A stretch of 62,616 nucleotides of DNA, filler included, from Aduncisulcus paluster (Eukaryota), in assembly GCA_024181965.1 (NCBI GenBank). It is 7 parts of 7 records of this genome, joined end to end, with 100 filler letters (N's around TTAATTAATTAA, not from the genome) between each part and the next. Parts side by side here need not be neighbours in the genome. Positions count along the whole stretch, not along the records: positions 34,280 to 40,474 come from BQXS01010904.1; positions 40,575 to 46,630 come from BQXS01010905.1; positions 46,731 to 56,705 come from BQXS01010906.1; 4 more parts are not named here. One strand, written 5' to 3'. Positions 36,353 to 46,888 of this stretch are shown here, piece by piece. The notes below the pieces were generated by a model, which searched no databases, had not been told where the DNA came from, and saw nothing but the letters and a program-made list of their open reading frames with translations. Positions within the stretch are counted from its first letter, which is position 1, and every line of letters starts with the position of its first letter. Made by a program: the position numbers and the translations under genes.

Positions 36353-39300
36353 TCACAATTCCTCGAGTTTTTGCAGAAGTATAGCAAGCGATGGCATTTC
36401 TTCTTGCGAAACGTACATTGAATCCCTTATGGAAAACAAATCTGAACGAAGGTGAGATGCCTTGTCGTCTAGATTCAGTCTTATGAAAGCATCTAAACAC
36501 AAATTAAGCGTATTACGGAAGCAAATAATATCAGCCAAAAATGGATCAGGCAATAAAGAAGACTGTATCATTGATATATCAGACCGAACAACTCCGGATG
36601 AGCTTCCATGCCGTTCAGATATCGAAGATGATGGGGATCGTGATTCTCTGAAACTCTGGGAACACATGATGGGGGATGTAGAAAGCGGGCGAAGAGCAAT
36701 TGACGAACAACATCGTTTTTCAAAGTCTGTCAAAATACCATTTCCGTCACAATCTATTAAAATATTTTCAGGAGTAACGTTGCCGTGAGGTATTTTTTGA
36801 TCATGAAGGTGTTTTAAACCCTTCAAAGCACATATGAACACATGGATCAATGCCTTATGCGAGTCAATACAAAACAATCCTTCATCAGACAAAGACGAGG
36901 AAGAACTCCTTTCTATACAAGAGCTAATATTTCCATTACGATAATAAGGTAATGCGAGATATATACCAAGAGAGGAAGAGAATGTATCTTCTTTATCATC
37001 GGGATGAGTATCACAGAAGGAAAAGAGAATGGGAGGGAGATATTTACATTCAAAAGGTCGAGCTCTATAAATAGATATATTGAGAAGATTCTTGAGAAAT
37101 TCATCGAGAGAATATTCCTTTGTACCAATCATTGATAAGTTTGATTTTGATTTTGGATGAATAAACTTCAGAACAAACAAATTTTCATTTATATCAGTGA
37201 CAACCCAAGTATTTCTTTGTGTCGTATCTATTTTATCAAGTTTGGGGAAAATCCCTTTCAAAGGAAGTTTAAATATTAATGGCGAGAGTTGTTCCTTCTC
37301 GGCAACTTCCTTCTCGGCCACTTCCTCCGAAGTTGATCGAATGAAAGAACGAATGTCAAGACTTGACGGGAGTTTTATGGCCATACTTGACAATATATTA
37401 GCACTAACCTGAAGATGGAAAGAATCAGCAAACATACGAAAAACATGAGGGTAGAGAAGATCCAACCTTTTCTTACATCTAGCTAATTCATTCCGGTTGT
37501 ATTCAGCCTCCTCTTCAGAAGGCTCATCTGAAATATCCTTACACAAATCAATTTGCCTTTCGGAACGGGAGATTTTAGCAGAGTCTTTCTTAATAGATTT
37601 ACAATTCTTTTCAATGGAAGAAAGCTCACTACATTCTTCCGATACTCTCTCAATATCACCAAAAATAGAACAAGAATGGAATAAATGCAAAGTAACATAG
37701 GTTGAATAAATCATTTTTTTCGATAGAATCAGAATATCTCCAACCATATTCCAGAGAAAATCAAGGATTCTGTCAACCAAAATAGAAACATCAGGATCAA
37801 CAGATGTACATTCGGCCCAATCAACCCATTCAAAGTTGAATAAACTCTGAAAGTTATGAAATGGTACCGATTCAGTTTCAGAACGAGCACGATCAATTAT
37901 CTTTTCCAAAATACTCAACGAATCTTGTAATCGTGGAGGGGAAGAACTCGACTCAGAAGAACTGGCCGAGGTTTGTGATGGCGGTTTCTTATTTAAGAAT
38001 GTCGGAAAATAACGATCTAGATCCTGGACAACCGGATTAAGAAAATTAAATAACGAGGTTTCAAGCTTGGTTTCTCTTCTCTTCTCATCCCTTCCAAACC
38101 TTGTTCTCAAGGAACGAATCAACAAATAGATATCCAAAGGTGTATTGTTATACAAATAAGAAAATTGCGAGAGTAAGTCTGTATCAGGGAGACTTGACTC
38201 GTGATCGTCAATAATCCTAGAATCTATATCCAATTCCTCCTCAGTGGTGTCATCTCCTTGCTTCTTAAAGACTTGCTGGAATACAGTATCACTAAATGAA
38301 CACTTGAAGGGGATTCCATGTTTCTTGAGAAGAGAAACCTTTGGAGCATCTTTCTCTTTCTCTTTTCTTTCTTTCTCCTCTTTTTCTTTTTCCTTGTGAA
38401 TGTGATTTTCACTCATCAGATTCCAATGTCCAATTGTTTTCTTAGAGAATTCTTCCATTGAAGAAAAAAAATCAATTAAACCATTAATCAGCGAGACACA
38501 AGAGTTTTGATCATATTTGGAAATATCTACATGAAAGACTGAGGAAAGATAAACCAAAATACAATAAAGAATGTCACAAACAAGTGATAAATAATAATTA
38601 AATACTTTTTTGGAATGATTGGAAACAGATAAACTCTCTCCAAACTCGGAAACAGTGGGCCTCTGGTATTCTTTGAGTGAATCCTTAACACCTTTCACAA
38701 CAGCCGGAGTTGACTTTTCTTGACTTTCGCCAATTAATTCCTCAATCTTAAATATTTTAGAAGCATCTAATCTCAATTGGCCAATAAAACCAGACCCAGA
38801 CACGTATTTATCCTCAGATTCGACAATAGATTCAGATTCATCCTCAGATTCCTCTTCACAAACCGAGTCCCTTTCCCTGGTGGATACAACAACCGTGGAT
38901 TCTTGTCCGACTGCAAACCAATTCTGGGTTTTCGAAATTTTCTTCACAAGATCCTTGCCATATTCTGAAAAAAGCGCAAACAACTCATGCATATTCTCAG
39001 GATTTGCATATGGTAAAAAGAGAATCTCTTGGAACGTATTTTCGTCGAAGAAACCAATGGCGGGGTTAGCTCCTTGATTTGAAGCGAGTTGCACCAATTG
39101 AAAAAAAGGATATTTTAGAACGGGCTCTGAAAAACGTTTTCCCTCTTGAGGTTTGAGAAATTCAACGCTAAAAGATGAAGATTGTTGTTGAGTTAGAGAA
39201 AAATTGGAGAGTTTATGTTCGACGAGTGCAACTCGATCAAAAAGGGATTTCACAGCATCAGAAAGTTGTTTTGGATTCGAATAAGTACTAACATCGGCTT

Positions 39301-39835
39301 CACTTTCATCATGAAATTCAAAATGAATATCTTTGACAATACAATAATCATAAAGTGGATCAGTCCTTAATTTTCGAATAAAGTCAAATTCCAATCGATA
39401 ATATGGCTTATCAGAACGAATTTGTGGAATATCACGGATTTGTATCCATTCTCCCCTTCCTCTATTGATAAAATACTTTAAACATAGCTGATTTATAGTG
39501 ACTACAATAATCTGGGGGAAATGAGTACCACTTTGCATACATATATCTATTCCAGAAACTGATTTTTCTATGGGAACTAAATATTCGATACGTGAGCAAA
39601 AAACTGGACATTTACGACGGGAAAACCCAGATATTTCAGAATATGGGCGTCTTTTCCCATGATGGGAAACAGAACAATCCCATTCTGAATCAATAGACAA
39701 GTTTTCTGTTTTTTTGTCGATAGTCCTCGATCTATTAATTCTTATCATGATCAAAAATGTCCACTTAAAATTTATTTGTTTGTAAATCAACTCATAAGAC
39801 ATTAATGATAAAATATAAATAAAAAATAGATACAA
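36353..39835 (-). CDS. Large protein with a C-terminal pseudokinase-like domain
   Basis: FVLKF, ALPYYRNGNI, LKGLKHLHDQKIPHGNVTPENILID...ILTDFE. The catalytic HRD is replaced by HGN and DFG by DFE. The start is probably a downstream ATG. Confidence 0.75.
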   Translation of the reverse strand: MYLFFIYILSLMSYELIYKQINFKWTFLIMIRINRSRTIDKKTENLSIDSEWDCSVSHHGKRRPYSEISGFSRRKCPVFCSRIEYLVPIEKSVSGIDICMQSGTHFPQIIVVTINQLCLKYFINRGRGEWIQIRDIPQIRSDKPYYRLEFDFIRKLRTDPLYDYCIVKDIHFEFHDESEADVSTYSNPKQLSDAVKSLFDRVALVEHKLSNFSLTQQQSSSFSVEFLKPQEGKRFSEPVLKYPFFQLVQLASNQGANPAIGFFDENTFQEILFLPYANPENMHELFALFSEYGKDLVKKISKTQNWFAVGQESTVVVSTRERDSVCEEESEDESESIVESEDKYVSGSGFIGQLRLDASKIFKIEELIGESQEKSTPAVVKGVKDSLKEYQRPTVSEFGESLSVSNHSKKVFNYYLSLVCDILYCILVYLSSVFHVDISKYDQNSCVSLINGLIDFFSSMEEFSKKTIGHWNLMSENHIHKEKEKEEKERKEKEKDAPKVSLLKKHGIPFKCSFSDTVFQQVFKKQGDDTTEEELDIDSRIIDDHESSLPDTDLLSQFSYLYNNTPLDIYLLIRSLRTRFGRDEKRRETKLETSLFNFLNPVVQDLDRYFPTFLNKKPPSQTSASSSESSSSPPRLQDSLSILEKIIDRARSETESVPFHNFQSLFNFEWVDWAECTSVDPDVSILVDRILDFLWNMVGDILILSKKMIYSTYVTLHLFHSCSIFGDIERVSEECSELSSIEKNCKSIKKDSAKISRSERQIDLCKDISDEPSEEEAEYNRNELARCKKRLDLLYPHVFRMFADSFHLQVSANILSSMAIKLPSSLDIRSFIRSTSEEVAEKEVAEKEQLSPLIFKLPLKGIFPKLDKIDTTQRNTWVVTDINENLFVLKFIHPKSKSNLSMIGTKEYSLDEFLKNLLNISIYRARPFECKYLPPILFSFCDTHPDDKEDTFSSSLGIYLALPYYRNGNISSCIERSSSSSLSDEGLFCIDSHKALIHVFICALKGLKHLHDQKIPHGNVTPENILIDCDGNGILTDFEKRCCSSIALRPLSTSPIMCSQSFRESRSPSSSISERHGSSSGVVRSDISMIQSSLLPDPFLADIICFRNTLNLCLDAFIRLNLDDKASHLRSDLFSIRDSMYVSQEEMPSLAILLQKLEEL

Positions 39836-40166
39836 TTATCTATTTGTGGATATTAATGAACAAATTATTTGTCAGAAGAAGAGAGAGAGAGGAATCTTTG
39901 TAACTTGTTATTGACACCAGAAATAAATAAATTTTTATTACTTTTAATTTAATTTTGCTACTCTTATATGAAATTTATTATTACGGGATCTGGAAATCTT
40001 CATTTCTTCGTCGTGATGTCTTCGTTTCTCCTTGAATGGAGCAGGTTTATTTATAGGACGTAACAGGTTCTCGCTAAATTTTTAAACACTAGGATTTTAC
40101 GATAAATTGTTTCAGTAAAATTGGGTTTAATTTGCGAGATTTTTGGGTGTTTTTTGGCTGAAAGAA

Positions 40167-40474
40167 CTAAAAGCTTAGGTGACTACCCTTGCTCTTTGGT
40201 TCTTTCTTTTGGATTAAATTCCAGCTGTAAGACGATACACAAGTCGCTTCTCTTATACACAGGCCTCTTCCAAGCCCACATAGAAGGGTAGATGCCCATC
40301 TACGTGATCTCTCTTCTCTGGTTCGGCCAGGTACCATGAAATCGGTTCCATTCCTCCGTACATGCTCAATAAACTCCCAAGCTTTCTCTCCAATGGCTCC
40401 AATTGTTGTCAAGGCGAAGGGTATCAAAAGATAGGGTTGGTGCTTTTTAGCACAGCCTGTGTCAACAATATTGG
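40167..40474 (-). mobile_element. C-terminal restriction-like endonuclease fragment of a non-LTR retrotransposon (CRE/R2-like)
   Basis: ...AKKHQPYLLIPFALTTIGAIGEKAWEFI... resembles the FxPFAxxTxGxxGxxAxxF tail of RLE-type non-LTR elements. Cut by the contig end. Confidence 0.55.
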
Positions 40475-40574
40475 NNNNNNNNNNNNNNNNNNNNNNNNNN
40501 NNNNNNNNNNNNNNNNNNTTAATTAATTAANNNNNNNNNNNNNNNNNNNNNNNNNNNNNNNNNNNNNNNNNNNN

Positions 40575-41209
40575 ATAATAGCAATATCAATAGACGAGGC
40601 TCCTCCCTCAACAACTCCTTCCAACGCACCAATAATAAGTTTAATCGCAGAATCACCCTCGGGAGGCGTCTCAATGTCATATTCTTTCTCTAGATATTCC
40701 GTCACAGGCTTGTCACTACGACCAAGGGCGGCGGCATAACAGCCGGTCCAGGTACCGGCGGGATTGGTTCGGAACAGGCGTGGCTCCTCTCCATGGGGGT
40801 CAAAACCTGCAATAAGACAAGAAACTCCGAAGGGCCGAACTCCACCACTTTGGGTGAATTTCTGTTGTAAATCGGCAACATAACGGGTAACATGGATAAC
40901 GGTTGGTGCATCTTCATAGTTCCTACGATGTGTTTGGCATTCTAAACGGGCTTTAACAACAATAACTCTTGAATCGGCTGTCCATCCTGCGGAAGCCAAT
41001 GCAATCCCATCGTCGAGAGAATAAATCTTTTTCATTGTACGGGGATCCTGTAGTTTAGCAGCTGCTTTCCTTTCAACTCCAATAACAACGGAATCTTTCC
41101 CTTTTAAAGCAACACATGTATTACCCTTACTAACAGCTTGTAGGGCATATTCAACTTGAAACAATCTCCCATCGGGAGAGAATACAGTTAGAGCTCGGTC
41201 GTATGACAT
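40575..41209 (-). CDS. PSMA7: 20S proteasome subunit alpha4 (3'-partial)
   Basis: MSYDRALTVFSPDGRLFQVEYA signature, VERKAAAKLQDPRT and QQKFTQSGGVRPFGVS. The true start is the ATG at 41209. Confidence 0.92.
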
Positions 41210-41310
41210 TTTCCAAGGAAGAAATGATCCCTTTTCATAATAGCAATATAATAACACTAACATAGTAATATCAATAGACGAGGCTCCTTCTAAATGTATA
41301 TTCAAACAGC

Positions 41311-44300
41311 TTACTTCTTTCCTTGAGTTACTTTCTGAAACTTACTGGGTCTTCTTTTGGGACTTTTCTGCTTCTTAGGTGACATAACCTTGTTCATCCA
41401 ACTATTCACAGAATATGACAAAATATCTCGACTATCGCTGACAGTGCTGTGTGATACGGAGCTGTGGCTGAGTGATGGAGCTTTCCTTGAATATCCTGAG
41501 GAGAATCGTGTTGGCCTAGATCTCTCTTTGAGGGGTTTCTGAATTGTGGGTTTGGTTTTACGACTAAATCCATCACTATTAAGGCAAAACGATCGAAGGT
41601 CTCGTTCATCGCTTTCTGTACTTTGTTTAGTAGAGGTTTGGCTGGATATTTCTTTGCTTAGTGGTATCTTTGGAATTATTCGCCGGTGAGATCCATCTCC
41701 TTCAATTGAAAATGAGTAATCACCTCGGTGATCACCAACAGTACTCTGTTTGGTAGAGGTTTGACTTGATGAAGATATCATGGAGCTGTTTATCTTTGGA
41801 ATTACTTTCCTACGAGATCCATCTCCTTCAACTACAAATGAATAAACATCTCGGTGATCACCAACAGTGCTTTGTTTTGTTGATGAATCTTGACTAAGTG
41901 GAACTGGACCATTAGAGATTGAGGACTCTGAATAACTTCTTCTTTCATCATCGCTTCCACTCCTTCCCTCCTCTTCTTCCTCTTTCTCTTCTCCTTCCTC
42001 TTTCTCTTCTTTCTCTGCTCCTTCATCTGGATAACGATTTTCAACTCGGTCAATACGAACAGGATAATAAGTGTTTGGAAATGCACTTCGCTGTGCATTG
42101 TTCATATTCAGCAGAGGTTTTGGAGTACCATGCAAACTTAAATAGCTCTCAATACAATCCTCGATACTGGGACATTTCCAAGCATCACCAATCTCAGGCA
42201 GGAGATATTTGATATGTTGTAATTCCTCACGTGCTTGATGAAAACTCATCCGTTTGCCACGATCATGCTGGGTTAAACCTGTGAATACTTCATTAAAGAC
42301 ATTGAAAATAGGTTTATAACGACCGCCATCGAGGGTTAATAGCGATTGGAAGAGGGGAGAAGAATGAGATAGGTTCTGACAATGGTTATCTTCCATCATT
42401 TGAATTATCATGTTCATGGTTTCATTTTTTTTGAGCATTCCTCTGCGAACTTGTCTTGCAACTTCTCTATATCCGGGAATTGTTACAAAAGGAGCATTAC
42501 CTAAAAATAATGCAAGAACTGACATTCCAAGAGAATATCCATCGGTCTTTTGGTTTTGAATGCCATGTCGAAGAGTTTCATAAGAATTATATACGAGGGT
42601 TCCACTCCGAGAAGGTCTTTGTTTTGATGTTTTCCTTTTCTTTTTTGCTTGGGATGATTTAGAAGAGTCAAAATCAACAAAACCTTTGGAAGATGTTGAA
42701 GATAATATTGAATCCATAATCTGAACTAATCCGAGATCAGAGAGAACAACAGTGCATTTCTTTGAATCAGGATCAACACGAACAAGGAAGTTGTCAGGTT
42801 TAATATCTCGATGGACAAGACTTGGATTTGCTAAAAATACATCATCAAGACATTCAATCATTCCAACACAAAGAGCAGCAACTTTCACAGGATTCAATGT
42901 CATGGTATCAATATATGGAGAATCATAAACATCGGCATACTTTCCATCAGAACACCACCTCACAGAAAAGTCTTTCACACTGCCTCCAATACAATATTCC
43001 ATCAAAAATCCATAAACACCTCTGAATTTTGCATCAAGGAGGTTAACAATATACAAGGGACGTGGGATACGATTAAGACATTTGGGATCATTGAACAACT
43101 TTCTTTGTACCTTAAACTCCCTTTGACAATCTTTCATAACCTTTTCATCCGTTTTACGAAGCATCTTCTTCAGAACACAAGGAATGGGAATACCTTCAAC
43201 CTTGACAAGAAGAACTTCACCAAAGCCACCATGACCAATGATACATTGAAGGGTAATCGCCGAAGCGGAAGTAAGAGTTAATTTGTCATATTTTGATTGT
43301 TTTGGAACCTTTGAGGAATCTGAAGGAAGGGCAGGAATATCACTGCCTTGGATAAAAACAAGAGAACCAAGATAAAAACGACGACTATTCTTCTCTCCCC
43401 ATCTTCCTTTTCCATTTATCTCACACAAAACAACATCAGGCAAATCAATAGTCAGGAAGAACCATTCATACCAATGTTGAGATCTTGTAAATTCATACCT
43501 TCTGGACGATTGCATTCCATTTGAATGAGTGAAAGAGAAAAGGAGAGAAGGAGAGCTAAAATAATTGTGAACACAGATATAAACTCCTTTCATAGGACTT
43601 GGTGATGAAAAGGGGATGGAAAGATGGGATAAGTATACCCCACATTTCCCTTTTAACATTTCTTGCACAGAGTGTTGAAGATCATCACATTTAGATTGGG
43701 GACTCAAGAGATCATCCTTGCCCAAAACTCTATCAAATGTAGGACTTATAATTGCTGGATCATCGTTTGATATCGGGATAGCTTCAATAAAGCCTCCAAC
43801 AATAAACTTTGGATATATTAATTCAGCTTCACGCCACTGAGTACTAAGAGTAGATTCTTTGAATTGACGATCAATCGATTCTTTGGGACTTTCTCCTCTA
43901 AAGAAAAGAAGTGAATAAATTATAAAATAATCCCTAATTCCCTTTCCTTCAATCTCACACAAAACAAGATCAGTGAGATCAATTGGAAGAGAAAACCAAC
44001 CAATACCATCAATCTTTGAAAAATTATACCTTTTGGATGTTTTTTGCTTTCTTGAAGATGTAAAAGTGAAAGTGAGATGAGATGGAGGTGCATTAGAGAA
44101 CATGTCACAACCAACACATATATAAACTCCCTTTATGGGGACAGATGGAGAGAAAGGGAGGGAAATATGGGTCAAATATCCATTATAATACTCTCCTTGA
44201 AATATTTTCTGTATATTCAAGCTTTGGTCATATTTTGGATCGTTTTCATTAAGAGTTGCATTCATTGCCTTGATATTTGATATGATGGGGCACAGACTTG

Positions 44301-45708
44301 ATGGATCATCTCTTGAAATTGGAATACATTCAAAATTTCCTTCAGAAATAAAAGTAGGAATTATTTCACGAAAAGCATCCTTCTCGATTACACTTGGCAC
44401 ATCCTTGATTGGGCCAGCGATTAAAGGTGGAGGTACATCGAATTTTAGAATCTGATTTCGAATAATTTCATCCAAAGTGGGACATTTCCAATCTGAACCA
44501 ATCTTTGGCAATAAAAATTTGATACCTCGAACCATTTCGCTTGCTTCATGAACGCTCATACGATCATCCACAGTAAATCGAGTTAAACCCTCAAACACTT
44601 TGTGTAGACATTGATAAACCGGTTGATACTTTCCATCTTCAATAAACTTTATGCTTCTCCACTATTTGAATCTCTAAAGAAATGTCGATAAATTCGATTT
44701 TTCCAGAAACTTCATTAATGTACGTCTAAATTCAGCAGGATCAACAATACCACTGAAATGAGGATGATTCAAGAAAGGGACGCGACCAAGAAACAAAGCA
44801 AGAATAGAGATTCCAAGAGAATATGCATCACTTTTTTGACTTTGAATACCTTCACGAAGGGATTCATAGGAATTGAATCCAATGGTACCAATAATGGAAG
44901 TAGGAGACATTTGAGCATTTGGATTTCCTTTCTCTCTTCCCATGGCCGTTTCGGATGAGAATGAATCAAAAGAGTCTGACTGTGAAGCGTTAATCATATC
45001 TTGGATGCTTAACAATCCAAGATGAGCCAAAACAACAGTACATTCTCCATCTTCAGAAGCAACACGAACAAGGAAGTTGTCAGGTTTTATATCTCGATGG
45101 ACAAGGCCTTTCTTTGCCTTGAACACAGCATCGAGGCATTCAATCATTTCAACACACAAGGCACTCACTTTCACAGGGTTTAATGTCATGGGATCATCTT
45201 CCGAAGAAGAAGAGTATTCGCTATCATAGCTGGATTCAGAGTCATCTCCACGATCTAAATCGTCACCAATTCGCTTTCTACACCAACTCTTGGAAAAATC
45301 TGAAATATTTCCACCAGCACAGAATTCCATTATAATTCCATACATGCCTTTGAATTCGTCATCAAGAAGATCAAGAATATACAAGGGACGCGGGATACGA
45401 TTGAAACATTTGGGATTATTGAATAACTTGAGTTGCATTTGAAACTCCTTTTGACAATATTTGACAACTCTTCTATTACCAACCTCAAATAACTTCTTCA
45501 AAACACATGGCATGGGAATACTTTCAATCTCAATATCAACGAGGATAACTTCCCTACTTATAAAACATTTTTGTTTAATGGCTGCAGAGGACGATAAGGT
45601 TGGCAACTCATATTTAATGGGATCATGTGGTTTTCTTTGTTGAGTTGATGATACAGAATCCATCGGTTTGGGATTCAAGTCCCATGAAAAGTCTGAAACT
45701 ATACTCAT
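41311..45708 (-). CDS. Tandem kinase: kinase 1, two novel domains, kinase 2, repeat tail; interrupted by a 33-bp inversion at 44647-44679
   Basis: ORFs 44674-45708 and 41311-44598 are in the same frame, and both kinases have HRDIKPDN. The linker reads FIEDGKYQPVYQCLHKVFEGLTRF, the family kinase C-lobe. Kinase 1 lacks the Gly loop and has HLG for DLG. Confidence 0.85.
41420..41890 (-). repeat. About 40-aa tandem repeats (STKQSTVGDHR..YSF..EGDGS.R..IPKI, 3-4 copies) in the kinase tail
   Basis: Seen in the translation of ORF 41311-44598. Confidence 0.8.
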
Positions 45709-45791
45709 ATTTAGAGTTTAGTTAAAAGACCTATTTTTGAATAAATATTGTTTTTATAAAGAATTTTATGCAATTAGCGAAAATTCAACAA

Positions 45792-45808
45792 TTTCAAGGG
45801 AGGAAATG
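45792..45808 (-). promoter_or_regulatory. Candidate upstream element shared by kinase paralogs (also 61812-61827)
   Basis: tttcaagggaggaaatg versus tttcaaggaggaaatg, each ~85-100 nt upstream of the paralog ATG. Confidence 0.45.
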
Positions 45809-46189
45809 TGACAGTATACATAAAACACGTAATAGGTAAATAAAATGGAACAATAATGCATAAAATAGAATTGATTGCACATTGATTGTGCTGGGGCGAC
45901 ATACGATATATACTATGAAGGTCTGTAAAGTACCAAGAATGGGAGATCCGTCAAGTGCGGTCATTTGGTCATCGTTTTCGAAAAAGACGAAAATAAAATT
46001 CCATAAAATGGTCAGGTAAATACAATGATTAATATTATTCTAACGATTAATTCTTTCATGAATGAACAAGAAAAATTGATTATTAACTTTCACTTTTTCT
46101 TCCTTTCTTTTGATCACCGTTTGGATTGATATCAACTTTATGAATCTTTAGTAATTTATTGGCGCTCGGAAATGTTATACCCTGAGAAG

Positions 46190-46630
46190 TCACGTAACTC
46201 TAGCACCCGAAATAGTAGAAAAAAGTGGATTCATCGACATGCTGGATTTGCTTATGGTTTCTGCCAGCGGAGCCGATAACCATTGTTTTGAAAGTGCCTT
46301 GTTGATAGCACTTGGTGAAATCAACGTTGAAGAAATGGAATCAGCTGACAGTCGAACTAAGACCACAGAATTATACAATCCAGGATTCTCTCGTTGTGTA
46401 TTGTAAAGCCACGTACAAAGACTACATTCAACCTCAATTCGGATTCAGTGACGAGAAATTTATTTATGCAGCATGCCATGTGAAGAAAGCATACCTATCC
46501 GTCTTTGGAACACCTCTATCGAGCCCTGGAAACTACGAGTACAAGTTTTATCACATTAATCATTATAAACGATGCATCACGCTTCCATTTAGGGACAACC
46601 ATAAAACATTAAACGGTCAATTTCGGCGAT
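46190..46630 (+). pseudogene. Frameshifted OTU-like cysteine protease fragment
   Basis: A Cys-box-like SGADNHCFESALLIAL (Cys 46284-46286) in one frame, then GFSDEKFIYAACHVKKAYLSVF and a His-box-like FYHINHY in the next frame. Confidence 0.4.
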
Positions 46631-46888
46631 NNNNNNNNNNNNNNNNNNNNNNNNNNNNNNNNNNNNNNNNNNNNTTAATTAATTAANNNNNNNNNNNNNN
46701 NNNNNNNNNNNNNNNNNNNNNNNNNNNNNNAATTCAATTAATTGCATTGTATTGCATTGCATTGCATATTGGCCAAAGTAGCATTGTTTATTTCTCCATA
46801 TAAAACTATTCGTGTTTATTTCAAATTCATTCGGGGATCAGTTCAATCAGCATTAAAATATTAACACTCAAAATACCCCCCATCTAAC

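Noticed and set aside
41210-41305. N-terminal extension of proteasome alpha4 in the ORF track
   Set aside because: The conserved start is MSYDRA at 41209. The extension is rearranged duplicate sequence.
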